A stretch of 64,000 nucleotides of DNA from Octopus sinensis (GCF_006345805.1 NC_043002.1:76322001-76386000); one strand, 5' to 3'; shown: positions 1 to 13,643, counted from the first letter of the stretch. Made by a program: numbers and translations. The notes: generated by a model not told the origin, from the letters alone.

Positions 1-2112
1 GGCAACCACCATCAGGACTTTGACGAATCGGAACGGGCGCGTGCTATTCGGGTCCGAGCAGATGTGCACGGCTCTCCAAGAGTACCTTGTACGGCTGTTT
101 GGGGAGTCGACGATGGTTGTGGATTTTAGTACATACTTGGACGGATTGCCGCGGTACTCTGCAGTAGACGCAAGGTTCTGCGAAAAGCCAATAACGGTCA
201 CTGAAATATGGGGGGAGGGTGATAAGCGATTGTACAAATCACAAATTGCCCGGTTTTGATGGTCTACCCTATAAATTCTATGAGTTCATGTCCGATTTGT
301 TTGGCAGCCATTTGGTAAACGTCAACTGTAGCTGGCAACAGAATGGAAAACTTCCTCGCGTTGTTATCTGGAGTATGGTAACGTTGCTGAGGAAGGACGC
401 TGACAATGGAGACGTACTAGAGAATTTTCGGATGATAACTTTGCTCAACACAGAGTTTAAGATTTTGGCCAACGTGCCGACGAAAAGGTTGGAGCATGTC
501 GTCGGTAGTCTAGTTGGGGAATCACAAACGTACGCAATCCCGAATGGGTCTGTCCACAACCTCTAGCTTAGGTGGTTCATTATAGAGAAGGCTGGGACTA
601 AAGCTGGCTTCGTTGGGGCCCTGATCCATTTGGATTAATCCAAAGCATTCGATATGGTCGACTATCGCTACTTGGAAGCCGTCCTGGAAGCGGCCGGTTT
701 CGAACCGATTTTCAAAGGCTGGATCACTAAATGCACAGCGGCAACTGCTCGGTGGTCATAATAAACGACAACTCATCGGAACAATTTGGCATCGCACTCT
801 CAGTCCGTCAGGATTTTCCGCTGTCTCCTCTTCTATATGTGCTGGCTCTTAAGCCACTGCCACGGAAGTTAGGACAGTCAGGGGACATCCCTTTCGAACT
901 GGGACACGCGAAAGTTGTGACGACATACAACGACGATGTCATCATCATAGTGTCGGACACTATGTTGCCGACCGCCTCTGAAGTGGAGGTGGTCGGCAAC
1001 ATTCTAAAGGAATACGAGTCGGTTGCAGGGGCCAAAATCAACTCTGGCTAGTCAGTGGGCTTGCGATAGGACACCTAGAGAGTAAAGTCAATGCCGTCGG
1101 GCGGCGTCGTTGGACGTTGGACTGACGGACGAGATAAACTGATTTGATTCTGGTTCGGTCTTGATCTCCAGGTGGATAAGAACTGGGATGAGGCGACGAA
1201 CAGGGAGGCCACTCTTACCCAGAAATGAGCAAAGTGGAACCTGTCATCATCTATCGCTCGACCGTCGTGCCCTGCACCGGCTACCGCTTGATCAGACTGA
1301 AACGCCTGTTATCTATTTTCTTGTGGAAAGGACGCGTTTCAGTGATTAAACGGTATGTCTGTTGCCAGCAATCGTTGTATGGTGGTTAAGCATACCATAG
1401 CTTTTGATACGCATACACAGGATGAAATTACGCCACTTACAATGATTCCTAGACATCAAACAAGAATGGTCTCCACTCAAATCTTTCTGTTGTTCATCTC
1501 TTCTCTACTAGTGGGGCAATGAGATCGGAGGACGTTTCACTCTAGCAACAGATAAAGGATTAGTGATGGGAAAGTGTGACGGTGTTCTCAGGGAGACTCC
1601 GCGCATCGATGAAAATGAAATAGCTTGTCTGTTCCGGGATACATTCCGATCGGAGACTTTCAAAAATAGTAAGAGTGGATAGCACTTTTCTAAGTGTAGA
1701 CCTGTAACTCGAAGAAGAATTGGAGAGGGCACTTGCCTTGGTATTCAGGGAGATCCTGGACGTTGGGGTTCCTAGATTATCCCAAGAAGTCCTCTATCAG
1801 GAGGACGACATCACTGTCATCTCTTTTCTTTTCTTTCTTTTTACACTTGTATACTATGTATGCTGTCTTCTTTGCTTTATTGTGTACCATGTATACTCTT
1901 CAACTCTTTTACTCTTTAACCTGTTTCAGTCATTTGACTGTGGCCCTGCTGGAGCACCGCCTTTAGTCGAGCAAATCAACTCCAGGACTTATTCTTTGTA
2001 AGCCTAGTACTTATTCTATCGGTCTCCTTTGCCGAACCGCTGTGTTACAAGGAAGTAAACACACCAGCATCGGTTGTCAGGCGATGTTGGGGGAACAAAC
2101 ACAGACACACAA

Positions 2113-2201
<89 letters not shown>

Positions 2202-2430
2202 CGACGGGCCCCTTTCAGTTTCCGCCTACCAAATCCACTCACAAGGCTTTGGTCGGCCCGAGGCTATAGTAGAAGACGCTTGCCCAAGATGCCACGCAGT
2301 GGGACTGAACCCAGAACAATGTGGCTATTTTTTTTTTTTTTATTATTTCATTATATGTAAACCGAATATTTTTTATGTCTGTGTTTGTATTGTTTCCCTT
2401 ATCCTTTGCCCTGATGGCAAATAAAAAAAA
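1..2430 (+). mobile_element. Decayed Tx1/L1-clade non-LTR retrotransposon (RT pseudogene plus probable 3' UTR and A tail, interrupted by a SINE)
   Basis: Frameshifted RT motifs PGFDGLPYKFY, FRMITLLNTEFKILA, LD*SKAFDMVDY, SVRQDFPLSPLLYVLAL and YNDD in 219-1051; probable 3' end ...tttgccctgatggcaaataaaaaaaa near 2400-2430. Confidence 0.85.
1903..2325 (-). mobile_element. tRNA-derived SINE, family A (internal CA/TA microsatellite), head truncated
   Basis: Matches more than 10 other copies in the window; B-box-like GGTTCAGTCC on minus; tail (GTAAAAGA)n. Confidence 0.9.
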
Positions 2431-2436
2431 TCATCA

Positions 2437-2471
<35 letters not shown>

Positions 2472-3277
2472 TGACTCTTTAACATTGTCCATTACAAAGA
2501 TTGTTTGTCTTTCTCCTTACATCTTCTGTCGCTCATTCAAATCCAGTTTTTCAACAATTAATGAGTTTAAAATCAAACTAAATGTCAATATCTATAATAA
2601 ATACTGCTTATTCCATATGATGCCAATAACAATAAAATAATAGATGATAAAAGAAAAATGCTGAAAACTAATAAAAGAAAAATCTATTTGGAAAAAAAAA
2701 ATCATTAAAAAAAATTTTCTTTGCTTTAGCGACATCAGTTCCAGAAGCAAGAGAATTATACACAATTGAATGGTCACTTCCTTTTCCCATTGTTCGCTGC
2801 CTCTCTTTTTTGTGTAAACTGTATTTTTGTGGTCTATATAGCAAAAGAAAAAAAATACATAAATATAAATAAATAAAGCTTTTTAAAAAATATAACCAAA
2901 ACAAGAAATTCTCTATTATTATGTGTCTTTCCAAGTGTCACTAGAAGAGGAGGGAAGTATAAGAAGTGAGGAAGGAGAGAGAGAAAGCAAGGGAGACAAG
3001 TGAGTAAAGTGGCATGATTGCCGTCAATTCAATTGTCAGGATTGCAGCGCAAAAGTGCGCACATATTTATTTGCTAAGACTTGAAGAGCTGTCTGGGCTT
3101 TGGCAGTCTCCCATTTTCTATTGTGTTTATATATTTATTTATATGTGTATAAATTACATATATATGTGTTTACGTCTTAGTTTTGTTTTTTTTTTAATTT
3201 TTTTTTTTTCTTTTGTATTATGAACTTTTTCGATGCAATTAGCAGAAATTACTTTTTCTTATTTATTTTCCTTATAG

Positions 3278-3345
3278 CAAGAACAAGTTGCTGCTTCCAG
3301 CTCCTTACAATGACGATGAGAAGCCGGCAATAAAAAGCCAGCCAG
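3278..3345 (+). CDS. Possible 68-nt coding exon of an unknown host gene (KNKLLLPAPYNDDEKPAIKSQP)
   Basis: Polypyrimidine tract plus acceptor ttttccttatag|c; open frame; donor cag|gttgtt (weak); non-repetitive composition. Confidence 0.3.
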
Positions 3346-3790
3346 GTTGTTTCCACATTTTATTTAAATGATATGATAGTTTGTTCCCGTGATGCTTTAG
3401 TTGCGTCGCTTTAGATTCTCAGTTCGAATCTTACTCGAATCAACATTTCCTTTCATCCTCCTATGTTCTATAAAATAAAATAAAATAAGCAAACTAATCA
3501 GCTGCTCATTGGCTACTTCTATTAATTAGTCTAAATTCCTCGCATTCTGCGAAATTTGCGCAGCTACCTTTATTTATTAAATCACTGATTTTATTTTTAC
3601 CGCGTGTTTTCGGTGTACAATAGTGTGCAGCCTTGTGTGCCTCAAAAAAATTAAATTCGGAGATGCAACAGTATGAATATATTACTTACACACATACACG
3701 CTTCTCTGTGCGTGTATATGTGCCTGTGTGTTGTTTGTGCGTGTGGTTTATTGAAACTGAATGCTTAACTTGTAAATGGAATTTCACACC

Positions 3791-4019
3791 CTCTTTACTC
3801 TTTACTCTTTTACTCTTTACTCTTTTACTTGTTTCAGTCATTTGACTGCGGCCATGCTGGAGCACCGCCTTTAGTCGAGCAAATCGACCCCGGGACTTAT
3901 TCTTTGTAAGCCCAGTACTTATTCTATCGGTCTCTTTTGCCGAACCGCTAAGTGACGGGGACATAAACACACCAGCATCGGTTGTCAAGCAATGCTAGGG
4001 GGACAGACACAGACACACA

Positions 4020-4093
<74 letters not shown>

Positions 4094-4157
4094 ATAAAAC
4101 GGTAAGATAACAAAAGAAAGAAAGAGACCTCAATATTATGTAAATAGAGGAAATTTA

Positions 4158-4211
<54 letters not shown>

Positions 4212-4382
4212 CATATATACGACAGGCTTCTTTCAGTTTCCGTCTACCAAATCCACTCACAAGGCATTGGTCGGCCCGGGGCCATAGCAGAAGACACTTG
4301 CCCAAGATGCCACGCAGTGGGACTGAACCCGGAACTATGTGGTTGGTTAGCAAGCTACTTACCACACAGCCACTCCCGCGCC
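3791..4382 (-). mobile_element. Full-length SINE family A with a 70-bp insert in its internal (TA)n
   Basis: Minus strand: A-box TGGCTGTGTGG, B-box GGTTCAGTCC, CORE-like CTTGGGCAAGTG, tail GACTGAAACAAG(TAAAAGAG)n. Confidence 0.92.
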
Positions 4383-5324
4383 TATCTCCAAACGAGAACT
4401 GCTACCACTAAGTTGAATTAGTGGTATATTTATATAGCTGGGGTGGGTGTGATCACTTGTCTGTGTCAATTCATTAATTTTGATTTTTGCGTTTGTTGAC
4501 TGAATCTTATTTTTCGGCTTCGTTAATGATTATGTTTCTGTGGTCAGTTAAATTTGCTGACGAAGAGGCAGTATTTTATTTATTTATTTATTTATTTTTT
4601 ACTGAATTTTGCAGTTAATCTAATTAAGACCAGTTTTTATCAAGTTTCCTTCGGTGCATATCGTATTTTGTTTGTAAATTTTGAGGTCAAAGCAGGATGG
4701 TATTATATGGGTAAATATCATTTTGGCGAAGGTTAAGAGTTTTTAAAGACTTACTTGCGTGTGTGTGCGAGTTTTGTGTACTTAACTCTGAAACTATATA
4801 AGACCATTATTTATTTATTGATGGAGGAGTTTCTCATACTGTGAGTAGTATTTAATGGGTGAGTGACTTTGCTAATAGGTTTGGAAACATTTCTGGTCAA
4901 GAACGAAATTTTTAAAAGCTTCTTCATGGGTAAATTTGGGGTGGTTTATTGAATTTGTTAAACTAATAAAAGAATTTTGCTTATTTCATTGGAGAATTTG
5001 GAAATGTGCTGCATGAATTGAAATCTTTAGTTTCGTTAACTTATGTTTGTGTCTGCGCGTTTGTGTGTGTGTGCGCGCGTACATGCACGCGTGTGTCTGT
5101 GTGTGTTCATGTGCATATTTGTGCTTCCTGATTTTGATATCACGTGATAGTTGTAAACACGTGCTATCATTATTATACAAGCAGTATCATACATTTCCAA
5201 TCCTCCATGTAAACTTGTCCAGTTATGGAGAACTATTACTTTGCTTGGAAACAAGTGAGGGTTTGGCGACAGGAAGGGATTCACACCCATGGAAAAAAAG
5301 CCTGCCTCAATAAATTCTGTGTTG

Positions 5325-5740
5325 ATCATGTGTGTGTGTGTGTGTTTGTGTGTGTGCGTCGTGTTTGTGCATGTGAGTGTGTGTGTGAATGTGTGTGCTT
5401 GTACGTGCGTGTGTGTGTTAGTGCGTGTGTGTGTTTGTGTATGTTTGTGCGTGTGTGCGTTTGTGCACGTTTGTGTGTTTGTGTGCGTGTGTGTCTGTGT
5501 GTGTGTTAGTGCGTGTGTGCGTCTGTGTGTTTGTGTGTATGTTTGTGCGTGTGTGGGTGAGTGTGTGAGTGTACAAGTTTGTGTGTGCATGTGCGCGTGT
5601 TCTCTATGTGCGTATGTGTATATGTGTGTGTGTGTGTGTATGTGTGTTTGTGCGTGTGTGTGTGAGTGAATATGTATGTGCGCGTGTGCATGTGTGTGTA
5701 TGTGCGTATGTGTGTGTGTGTGTATGTGCGTGTATGCATA
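5325..5740. repeat. Degenerate (GT)n microsatellite field
   Basis: Direct reading. Confidence 0.95.
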
Positions 5741-6299
5741 CATGCAGTCAACTTTGTATTGCGGTCAACGACAGGTGTGCTAAATACACATTGTAGAGTA
5801 CATATGTATTACTAAGTCTGAACGTTTATCTTATGACTCGAGTTTCACACACAGGCACGATGGTGATGGCTTATGGTAGATTACTGATGGTGACGGTCTG
5901 TGATGATGATGCCTTGCTATGTGCTAATTCTTGTATGTTTTAATTAGTGACTGTTGTCAAAGTTTTGGTGTTAGCGCTAGGAAAGGGACGAAAAAAAGGG
6001 TCAAATCGGTTCCACCCCGAAAAGATGGTGGCACATCAGTACTGAGGATAATAGGGGAGAGGTAGAATTTACTGCAAATGATGGACTGAGTATTAGAATG
6101 GTCGTCTCAGCAACAAAGGTAATGCTGGTTATCGTATTGGCAATGACGCTGCCGTTGATAATGGTATCACTGAGTGAAAAAGATCCAAACAAGGGGGGAC
6201 GTTATAGAAAATTTCAGACAAATCACTCTGCTCAATGAAGATTTTGGTCATGGTGTTAGCTAAAAGGTTGGTGTTCATCGTGGACAGCTGGATGGCGAG

Positions 6300-7430
6300 C
6301 CGCAAACATGCGCTATCCCAACTATGACTTCTTTTTTGTATTTGTCAGCTTTCTTAAAGACAGAATACAGTTTTCTGTTTTGTTTGTGTTTTGTGGCTAT
6401 TTGTATTAGTTTTCCTTGCTTCTGAAGTAGGTATTTCTGTAGTCCTATGGCGGTTATTTTGTAATAGTTTTCTAGCTGTGTAAGACCTCTGCCGCCTACG
6501 ATACGTTGCATATATAGCCTTTCTATGTCGAATGGTGGGTGATGCATCCAAAATTCTGTCATTATTTTTCCTGTTTTCTTGTCTATTTTCATTAGTTCAT
6601 TTCGAGTCTAGTTAAAAATATTCTAACTGTAACTTATAGCTGGGACGGGTAGTGCCAAGCAGAAAAGGAGTGGAGAGAGCGACTATCCCTGGAATTTTCC
6701 TCTTCTAATAGGGATGGCTTTGATTTTTATGAGTCCCTCTTTTGTCTGGAGCTGTAGCACAGTGTACCATTTATTCATAGATTTTTATATATTTTATGAT
6801 TATGGTTGCTACATTGTTCGTGGCTAGTATTTCTAGGATCCATGCGTGAGGAATACTATCAAAAGCCTTTCGATAATCGATCCAGGCCATACTTAGAACC
6901 TTCTTCTTTCTGCGGTTGTCTTCAGTTATGGTTTTATTGATCAGTAGAGGAAACAGGGTGTTTTTCTTCCAGATGTTTGCTCATCTTCTGCGATATTATT
7001 GCAGTAAAGGATTTCTAAATTGTAGGGAGACAAGTTATCAGTCTGTAATTTTGTAGGTTTGCCGTTTCAGTGGATTTGAGAATTAGGATAGTTTTCCTTT
7101 CCGTGAGCCATTCAGGCATTGTCTCTGGCTCAGCTAGTTTTTTTCTCAGCCAGTGTTTTATGTATTCCTGATAGATATTTAAACTAGAAACTGGGGATTT
7201 TGTAGTGCCTGGGTGCCTTCCTGTTGCTTTGTTTTTGCAGTGCTTGAGTAACCTCTTCAGTTGTTCAAATTCTGTGTTTCTTGTTTTACTAGATCTTTTC
7301 TGGGGTTGTTCCTTCGCCGACCATATTTCTTTTCAAAATTCTTCCACTTCTTCTGCTTTTGGTGCTTTATTGATCTCTATTTTATTTTGCCAAGTTCTTC
7401 GTAGAATCTTTTAGTGATGTTTGGATTTTG
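6300..7430 (-). mobile_element. R4/Dong-clade LINE RT fragment with an internal deletion
   Basis: Minus translation: WIDYRKAFDSIPHAWI, then FQG*SLSPLLFCLAL joined directly to VPAISYS (YxDD region missing), then MHHPPFDIERLYMQRIVGGRGL. Confidence 0.85.
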
Positions 7431-7434
7431 CTTT

Positions 7435-8180
7435 GTATTTATACAAGTTGACTCCAAGCCCCACCCATAGACCTCAAGAGACAAGTTAAAAGTTCAATTT
7501 GGTATTATAACTAGGGTACCATATTTTTGGTTTTGTACAGAGTATTGTTCCAGAGAATGCCTGTCAAAACATAATAAAATTACAAGTTTGTTTTAAAAGT
7601 AACCTGAATATAACATGATAGTGTGGTCTAAAGATGACGGTAAAAGGTGTTTACTATTATGTATATTTAAAAGTACTTTTGATACTGTTTACAAATTTAA
7701 AAGTTTTTGGAATCACATAGTCAATATTTTTCGTAGGATATGAGTTACCATGAGCACTATTTTTTTTAATTTCTTCCACTTTTGAAATTCCTGGTATCTG
7801 AGACAAGTAACGATCAGCCCCTTTTGCTATCATGCCTAGGGCACCTATGACTGCTGTTCTTTAAGGACTTGGCCAGGTAACTATGACAAACCATTCTATC
7901 TTTGATCTTGAGCCAGAAACGCTAACCATTGCGAGTAAGGGCTTTGTCAACACCGACATTTTTAGCTCCCTTTGAGTATTTATCATTGAGAGTTTTTTCT
8001 TGCCATTTATCTGTACGAATATCTGAGGCAGCAGCTTTAGTAAGGGTTTTCATACGCTTAACTTTTTTTCTGTGGTTCTTTCCTGTACATCTAATTCTGG
8101 GACTTGCTGTATTTGGAATTCACTTAGACATTTCCTTTTCTGTTTTGTTACTAAGTATGAAGTTTTCTTGCTTTCGTGCT
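7435..8180 (-). mobile_element. R4/Dong-clade LINE 3' fragment (C-terminus plus 3' UTR) abutting (TAA)n
   Basis: Minus translation GVDKALT...VIGALGMIAKGADRYLSQIPG...KIVLM..HILRK, typical of the R4/Dong C-terminus. Confidence 0.7.
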
Positions 8181-8184
8181 TAAT

Positions 8185-8196
8185 ATTATAATTATA

Positions 8197-8257
<61 letters not shown>
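8185..8257. repeat. (TTA)n microsatellite
   Basis: Direct reading. Confidence 0.95.
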
Positions 8258-8260
<3 letters not shown>

Positions 8261-8858
8261 AGGTGAGCTGGCAGAGACGTTAGCATGCCGGGTGAAATTC
8301 TTAGCGGTATTTCGTCTGCCGTTACGCTCTGAGTTCAATACCGCCGGAGTCGACTTTGCCTTTCATCCTTTCGAGGTCGATAAATTAAGTACCAGTTACG
8401 CACTGGAGTCGATATAATCGACTTAATCCTTTTGTCTGTCCTTGTTTGTTCCCTCTGTGTTTAGCCCCTTGTGGGTAGTAAAGAAATAGGTATTTCGTCT
8501 GTCGTTACGTTCGGAGTTCAAATTCCACCGAGGTCGACTTTGCCGTTCATCTTTTTGGGGTCGATAAATTAAGTACTAGTTGAACACTAGGATCGATGTA
8601 ATCGACAAATCCCCTCCCCCAAAATGGCTGCCCTTATGACAAAATTTGAAACTATCATTATTATTATTATTAAGGCGGCGAGCTGGCAAAATCGATAGCG
8701 CACTGGACGAAATGCTGAGTTCAAATTCCCCCGAGGTCAACTTTGCCTTTCATCCTTTCGGGGTCGATAAATTAAGTACCAGTTATGCACTGGGGTCGAT
8801 ATAAATCGACTTTAATCTCTTCTCCCAAATTTGAGGCCTTGTGCTTCCAGCAGAAACG

Positions 8859-8860
<2 letters not shown>
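8258..8860 (+). mobile_element. Three tandem copies of SINE family B (core GCCTTTCATCCTTTCGGGGTCGATAAATTAAGTACCAG)
   Basis: Copies at about 8258-8490, 8490-8655 and 8672-8860 with A-box-like AGCTGGCAGA and B-box GAGTTCAAAT; (ATT)n tails. The core resembles the conserved central domain of widespread metazoan SINEs (Meta/MESC-type; from recall, unverified). Confidence 0.85.
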
Positions 8861-8902
<42 letters not shown>

Positions 8903-8934
8903 TACTATTACTATCATCATCATCATCATCATCA

Positions 8935-9008
<74 letters not shown>
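8860..9008. repeat. (TTA)n/(TCA)n compound microsatellite
   Basis: Direct reading. Confidence 0.95.
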
Positions 9009-9011
<3 letters not shown>

Positions 9012-9283
9012 TATTCGCGCAAGAAGTGTGTCTCATACTTTAAAGATAGCATGATAAAATAATGATATTACAGAGAGTTTGGAAACCAATGGACAAGTAT
9101 GTGGTTTCCGGGAATTATGGCTACTATTTCTAGCACGCGGTGTGATCACACAAGGCCACTTTCGTTATATTTTAATGGTAGACAACTGCATCATGAATAA
9201 GAAAATGGATCTCAGTTCGAATTTCCAACCATGAGTTTTCGGTTCTTCAATCAACTGAATTTCCTGCCCATTCGATTAATGTA

Positions 9284-9824
9284 TTGGGTTGTCCGGAAAG
9301 TTCGTGCCGATTTTTAAAGGAAAGAAAATGGTCAATAAATACTTGCCATTACATTTTTAATCAACCAAATATGAACCATTTTGTTGCACAATGCATCTCC
9401 ATCTTTCCTTTACCTTGAAAATACCCTCTTCCCAGAACCGAGGTGGTTTCATGGCAAAGAATTCATCAAGGTATCTTTTTACGTCAGCCAAGGAATTGAA
9501 ATTTTTACCATCAAGACTATTCTGCAGAGACCTGAATAAGTGGAAATCCGAAGGAGCACTATCTGATAAATATGGAGGGTGGGCAATTTTTGTCTAGTTC
9601 CCATAGCATCGAGTGCTGAAAATGAACTTTCTTACTTTCCATTTTAAAGGGTTACAGAATTAACACAGGTTATAGGAACATAAACCTTCTTCCACGAAAA
9701 GATAGCTTAAACTGTGCTCTGACTGGAGGTGTAGCCAAATCCTATTTTATGGACTCAACCATGTTCTAAAATAAGTCGAAAGGTAAGCTACTATAAATCG
9801 GCACGAACTTTCCAGACAACCCGA
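9284..9824 (-). mobile_element. Internally deleted mariner transposon
   Basis: TIRs of about 30 bp (ttgggttgtccggaaagttcgtgccgattt / aaatcggcacgaactttccagacaacccga) flanked by TA; minus translation PPYLSDSAPSDFHLFRSLQNSL...RWRCIVQQNGSYLVD*. Confidence 0.92.
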
Positions 9825-10051
9825 TATAAATGGTTGAATATTCTGAGACCACGCTGCATGACTACATTTGTGCGTAACAAGGCTTGCCCTCAGAATCATT
9901 AATATAATCCTCACAGTCTTCGTCTTCAGAATTTTACGTTTGAACGATCTGAAATTTTATTAGCTTAACTGTTTTGATATTTATGGTAAGAAACCGTATA
10001 GTACGTGAACCATGTTCTTCTTCTATGTAACGTCATTATCATATCAATAGG

Positions 10052-10470
10052 ACTGAGGCAGTGAGCGGGCAGAATTATTAAAATGTCGGACAAAATGCTT
10101 AGCGGCATTTCTTCCGGGTTTTACATTCTCTGATCAAATTCAGTCGAGGTTGACTTTCAGTATCTGTTGAACTTTGGCACCAATGAAATCGGTTTATTCC
10201 TCCCGTAAAACAGCTGACTTTGAGCCGAAATTCGAAACCATTTATAAGGAGGCCAACTGGTAGAATCGTTAGCATGTCGAACAAAATACTTAGTAGCATT
10301 TTTTTTGCGACTCATTACGTTCTGAGTTCGAATTCCACCGGAATCAGGTCGACTTTTGCCTCCTATCTTTCTGAGTTCGATTTAGTATTTGGGTCGATGA
10401 AGTCGATTCTCCTTCTCCCCACCAAATCCCCCCCATCCAAATTTCAGGCTTTGTGCCTCTGATAGAAATG
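10052..10470 (+). mobile_element. Two tandem diverged SINE family B copies
   Basis: Similarity to the 8258-8860 copies; (ATT)n tail. Confidence 0.75.
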
Positions 10471-10854
10471 ATTATCATTATTATTATTATTATTATTAAT
10501 AGCATTTACCCGAGCTGAAGAATGACCAATATAGCAGTGAAACATTGAACGTTATCTGATCATGAACTGTGTAACTCATTCACCGAGATTGATATTTCAG
10601 CGATACTACTTAATTACACGTTAAATTGCTCTCATTTTTATCGACTTGGTTTGAAGTGGTTAAACATCTCCAAAGCAGCGTTGTTATCAAGTGGAGATAT
10701 CAAATTAATACTATTATCAAGACTAAAACTAATATCAATAATGTATCATTTGCTATTGTGAGGAAAGTGATTTATATATTTCGTTTTATCTTACGTATCG
10801 TTCGTTCTTCACGGTTTGTGTTTTACATTTTTTTAATTATATTTTCTTCAGGGA

Positions 10855-11434
10855 TTTGTTGTTGTTGTTGTTGTTAGTGGTGATGGTGGTGGTGGTGGTG
10901 GTGATGGCGGTGGTGATGATGGTGGTGCTGGTGGGTTTGGTACTGGTGGTGGTGGTGATGTTGGTGGTGCTGGTGGTGGTGCTGGAGCTGAGGCTGGTGC
11001 TGGTAGTTCTGGTAGTTCTGGTGGTGGTGGTGGTTGTCCTGATGGTGGTGGTATTTGTTTCTTCTTTTCGTTTTTTTAGGGAATTTTTTTTTCTTATCAT
11101 TTAGAAATTCTAACATTGTTTGGTCACAGGTGTTAACAGGCGTTGTATTATCTATTTTTTTTTATCTCTTATATATATATATAATTTTTGTAATTGATTT
11201 CTATTACATATTGTTTGTAATTGTTGTCATTACTATTGCCGTTAGTGTTATCATCCTCATCATCCTCATCATAATCATCATCGTCGTCATCGTCACCATC
11301 ATCATCATAAACATTATTGTCATCGGCATCATCATCATCGTCGTCGTCGTCGTCGTCATCATCGCTATCATCATCGTCGTCATCGTCACCATCATCATTA
11401 TAAATATTATTGTTATCATTATCATCACCACCAC

Positions 11435-11468
<34 letters not shown>

Positions 11469-11517
11469 GCTATCATCATCGTCGTCATCGTCACTATCCT
11501 CATTATAAACATTATTG

Positions 11518-11562
<45 letters not shown>

Positions 11563-11825
11563 CTATCATCATCATCATCGTCGTCGTTGTCGTCGCCGTC
11601 ATCACCATCATCATCATCATCATCATCGTCATCGTCGTCATAGTCTTTATCATCACTATCATCATCATCATCGTCATCGTCGTCATAGTCTTTATTATCA
11701 TTATCATCATCATCATCAACATCATCATTGTCGTTATAGTCATCACTGTCATCACCCTCATCATCATCATCATCATCATCGTCGTCGTCGTCGTCGTCGT
11801 CGTCATCATCATTTTCATCATTATC
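10855..11825. repeat. (GGT)n and (ATC/GTC)n trinucleotide fields
   Basis: Direct reading; they explain the poly-I/D/M ORFs. Confidence 0.95.
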
Positions 11826-12296
11826 GCTTAAGTAGATATTAGTTTTTACCAATACATTATCAACCTTATCAGACTATTATAATGTCTTTCAGATGATATC
11901 TGCTAAGGAAGAAGATATTAAAATAACAATATGATACTTTGGTTTGCTTCTTTTTTTTTTAAACAAAATCGTATACGTATAGCTTTATGTCTCTCTGTAT
12001 GTGTATATGCGTATATATGTGTGTGCGCCTGCGTACGTATGTGTGTGTGTGTGCGCGCATGTGCATGTTTGTGTGTTTGTGTATCTGTGAATGTATATGA
12101 GTGTTTGTGTGTGCGTGTGTATGCACCCACGCGCATGCAATATAAAGTGTTTCCTTTATTAAATATCTTGTCGAGTCATATTTGTTGAAAAGACAGTTGA
12201 GAGACTAGAAAGATCAGAAATACAGAAAATGAGAGGAAATGAGGAAAATGCAGCGTTAAGGTGAAAGGATGTGTATCAATGGATAATGTGTTTATA

Positions 12297-12620
<324 letters not shown>

Positions 12621-12742
12621 TACCCACACAAATACACACGATCACCATAAAACCAAAACATACTCAAATGTAGTCACTTCGTGGACCATTTTAGCCTTGA
12701 GAAGTGTACTACTTTGAATTACCATCCATATTCTATCTTTTG

Positions 12743-12804
12743 TCCTTATTTATATATAAAATACTACAATTAGCCGTCATTTTTGACGGCGTGGAGCCAG
12801 CTAG
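12743..12804 (+). mobile_element. Minimal Helitron-like element or Helitron 3' end
   Basis: TC...tatatataaaa start, hairpin gccgtca-tttt-tgacggc, then CTAG followed by T. Confidence 0.55.
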
Positions 12805-12989
12805 TTTCTGATAATGTGCGACATAGTTGTAGGGGAGATAATTTCTTTCTAAGGCTGTTTTGCCTTCGAGTCGGCTGCGAGACTGACTTTAGAGCTAAAA
12901 TTTTCAATAAAAAAAAAGAATACTAATTTTTCACATTGTAGGTACTAAGGTTGTGATTGTTGAAAGAAGGAGTGTTCGTAAGTATAAGT

Positions 12990-13602
12990 CAGCTGGATTC
13001 CGTGGGGAGACATGTGAGGCTCATATGAACTTGTATGTTTCGTAATTTTAACAGGTTGTAAAACATCATTGCTCCGTGAAAATGTATGATGAAAGCCAAG
13101 TTGCAGGCCAACGTGTGAAACTGGCGTTTCTTCTTTAACTTGTTCAATTCGGTGGTTATAAAATTTCGACAGAAATTTGTCAAAGTGGCGACGCCACTCC
13201 TTGTTTCTGATTCGGTATTTAAATTCTGTGGTGATCCTTTAAGGCTACTCAGTATAATGCGCTACCTTGCTAGGATAAATAATATTTGTTTGTGCCATTT
13301 ATGTAAGTTTCTTCTCTTTTACATTCTTCATTTGATTTAATTGCTGATGATCTCTTTCAGCTGCCAGATGTAAATAGACAAGGTTGTGCTTTCCCCCGTA
13401 TTTAATATGCCTGAAGGAAACAATGTGGTTTTTGTATCGTTGTCTGAACTACCCTTCTACTATTCCTATATAATATTTATCCAGCCGATCTGTCCAAGTT
13501 GGTAGAGTTAGTTTCGGTTTTGTACATTACTGCCTCAGCGCTGCAAGACAATTTGAGCCGGAATGCTTTAGTTTCTTTGAATGTGGACCTTGTTTCTATT
13601 GA

Positions 13603-13605
<3 letters not shown>
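12990..13605 (-). mobile_element. Penelope-like element 3' remnant (GIY-YIG endonuclease plus decayed 3' region)
   Basis: Minus translation across frameshifts: NCL.AEAVMYK...KYYIGIVEG*FRQRYKNHIVSFRH...TTLSIYIWQLKE; decayed hammerhead-like remnant near 13030-13080. Confidence 0.8.

Positions 13606-13643
<38 letters not shown>

Noticed and set aside
8258-8860. CRISPR-like repeat-spacer array
   Set aside because: The repeats are long diverged SINE copies in eukaryotic DNA, with no constant repeat/spacer lengths and no cas genes
10508-10552. Hammerhead-like ctgaaga...gaaacattg
   Set aside because: Stems I and II do not pair convincingly and there is no GUH triplet; at most a decayed relic
10851-11051. 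Glycine-rich exon-like stretch after ttttcttcag
   Set aside because: Explained by a decayed (GGT)n repeat next to other trinucleotide arrays; weak donor and no independent support
11055-11852. Poly-Ile, poly-Asp and poly-Met ORFs
   Set aside because: An (ATC)n microsatellite open in several frames, with no unique coding context
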